Virus record (IMG/VR): IMGVR_UViG_3300032295_003128
Coordinates: 1-64,000 of that record
Direction: 5' to 3' (one strand)
DNA: 64,000 nt
From: a virus
Taxonomy: Duplodnaviria > Caudoviricetes
Numbering within the stretch: the stretch's first letter is position 1; each line of letters starts with the position of its first letter. A program made the position numbers and the translations under genes. Positions 63,339-64,000 of the stretch are shown here, in pieces. The notes beneath the pieces are model-generated. The model was given only the letters and a program-made list of their open reading frames with translations, was not told where the DNA came from and ran no database searches.

Positions 63339-64000
63339 ATGAGCAAAATATCGTTTGAAGACCTCGACAAAGCACCCGCTGAGTCGAACACCGAAACCGC
63401 AATCGCCGTGAAGCCGGACTTGGCCGTAGCCGTCCCGAGCATCGGCGAGCCAGCTAAAGGACTCTTGGGAGAGTGGACCGCGCAAGACACGCGCTTGCCC
63501 CGCTTGAACTTGGTCAACAAGAGCGGCGACCTCGCCAACACGTTTGTCCCAGGGACTTACGTCATAAACAAAGAGCACCAGCTCAATCAACTCTCGGCCG
63601 ACTCCCGCGAGCGGAGCAACCCGATCAACGTCATCGTCGCGACGATGGCGAAACAGTACCAGGAAAACATTCCGTTCGATCAGCGCGAGTCCACTCCGGC
63701 TCGCCTCTTCAACAAAGCCTCCGAAGTCATGGCGGCCGCCGGATCAATCAGCCGCATGAGCGGCGAAGGGAAATTCTCCGAAATCGCGCACATCGAGCTT
63801 TTCCTCGAAGAGCCGGAGGGGTTGACCGAAGACGCCCAGGCGCTCTTCTACTACACGTTCGGGGGCAAAAAATACACCCGCGTCATGTGGACTGTCAGCG
63901 GCACCGCTTTCGGCGCAGTCGCCGTCACGATCGCCAGTGCGCTGCGGGGACACTTGTCTTCGACCGGACTGACCGGAGGTCAATGGCTCCTCGGGTCGAA
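63339..64000 (+). CDS. ssDNA-binding/annealing-like protein, partial (runs off the window)
   Basis: MSKISFED...QDTRLPRLNLVNKSG; typical position after the nuclease; open to the window end. Confidence 0.55.
   Translation, partial: MSKISFEDLDKAPAESNTETAIAVKPDLAVAVPSIGEPAKGLLGEWTAQDTRLPRLNLVNKSGDLANTFVPGTYVINKEHQLNQLSADSRERSNPINVIVATMAKQYQENIPFDQRESTPARLFNKASEVMAAAGSISRMSGEGKFSEIAHIELFLEEPEGLTEDAQALFYYTFGGKKYTRVMWTVSGTAFGAVAVTIASALRGHLSSTGLTGGQWLLGS

Noticed and set aside
1-64000. Stop-codon reassignment (prompted by the CTA-loop element)
   Set aside because: Long genes are intact under the standard code and several end at TAG.

Overview
The window is a large part (64 kb, no host DNA visible) of a GC-rich, probably temperate, podovirus-like dsDNA phage genome. 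The host is Gram-negative (lipoprotein in the lysis cassette); a Verrucomicrobia/PVC-type host is only a weak inference from the integrase style. Layout: (i) 1-1450, a short leftward block with a truncated tRNA(CAT), then a structured non-coding divergence region. (ii) 1523-15377, a rightward early/accessory region with an OB-less ATP-dependent ligase, an HExxH+VWA protein, a MoxR-type AAA+ ATPase, a DUF6878/DUF6915-like pair, a pyrimidine-dimer glycosylase and a TerS-like HTH. (iii) 15399-56976, a leftward virion/lysis region: TerL, phosphoesterase, portal, HNH, 1029-aa LRR protein, lysis genes, scaffold, collagen fibre, major capsid, nozzle, fibres, repeat-expanded adaptor-like protein, ejection proteins and a 3767-aa HExxH polyprotein. 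(iv) 57079-64000, an attP-like tRNA 3' fragment, tyrosine integrase, RHH/HTH regulators, resolvase, methyltransferase, a helicase-Cas4-like nuclease fusion and a partial SSB-like gene. The most striking unexplained signals are three families of intergenic elements (8x ATCAGA-N4-TCTGATT palindromes, 5x covarying hairpins and at least 17x sense-oriented TAACC-N5-ACC boxes), an apparently overprinted leaderless gene inside the giant virion gene, and a nine-unit tandem adaptor-like protein. All product calls come from motifs read by eye and gene context; no database searches were run.
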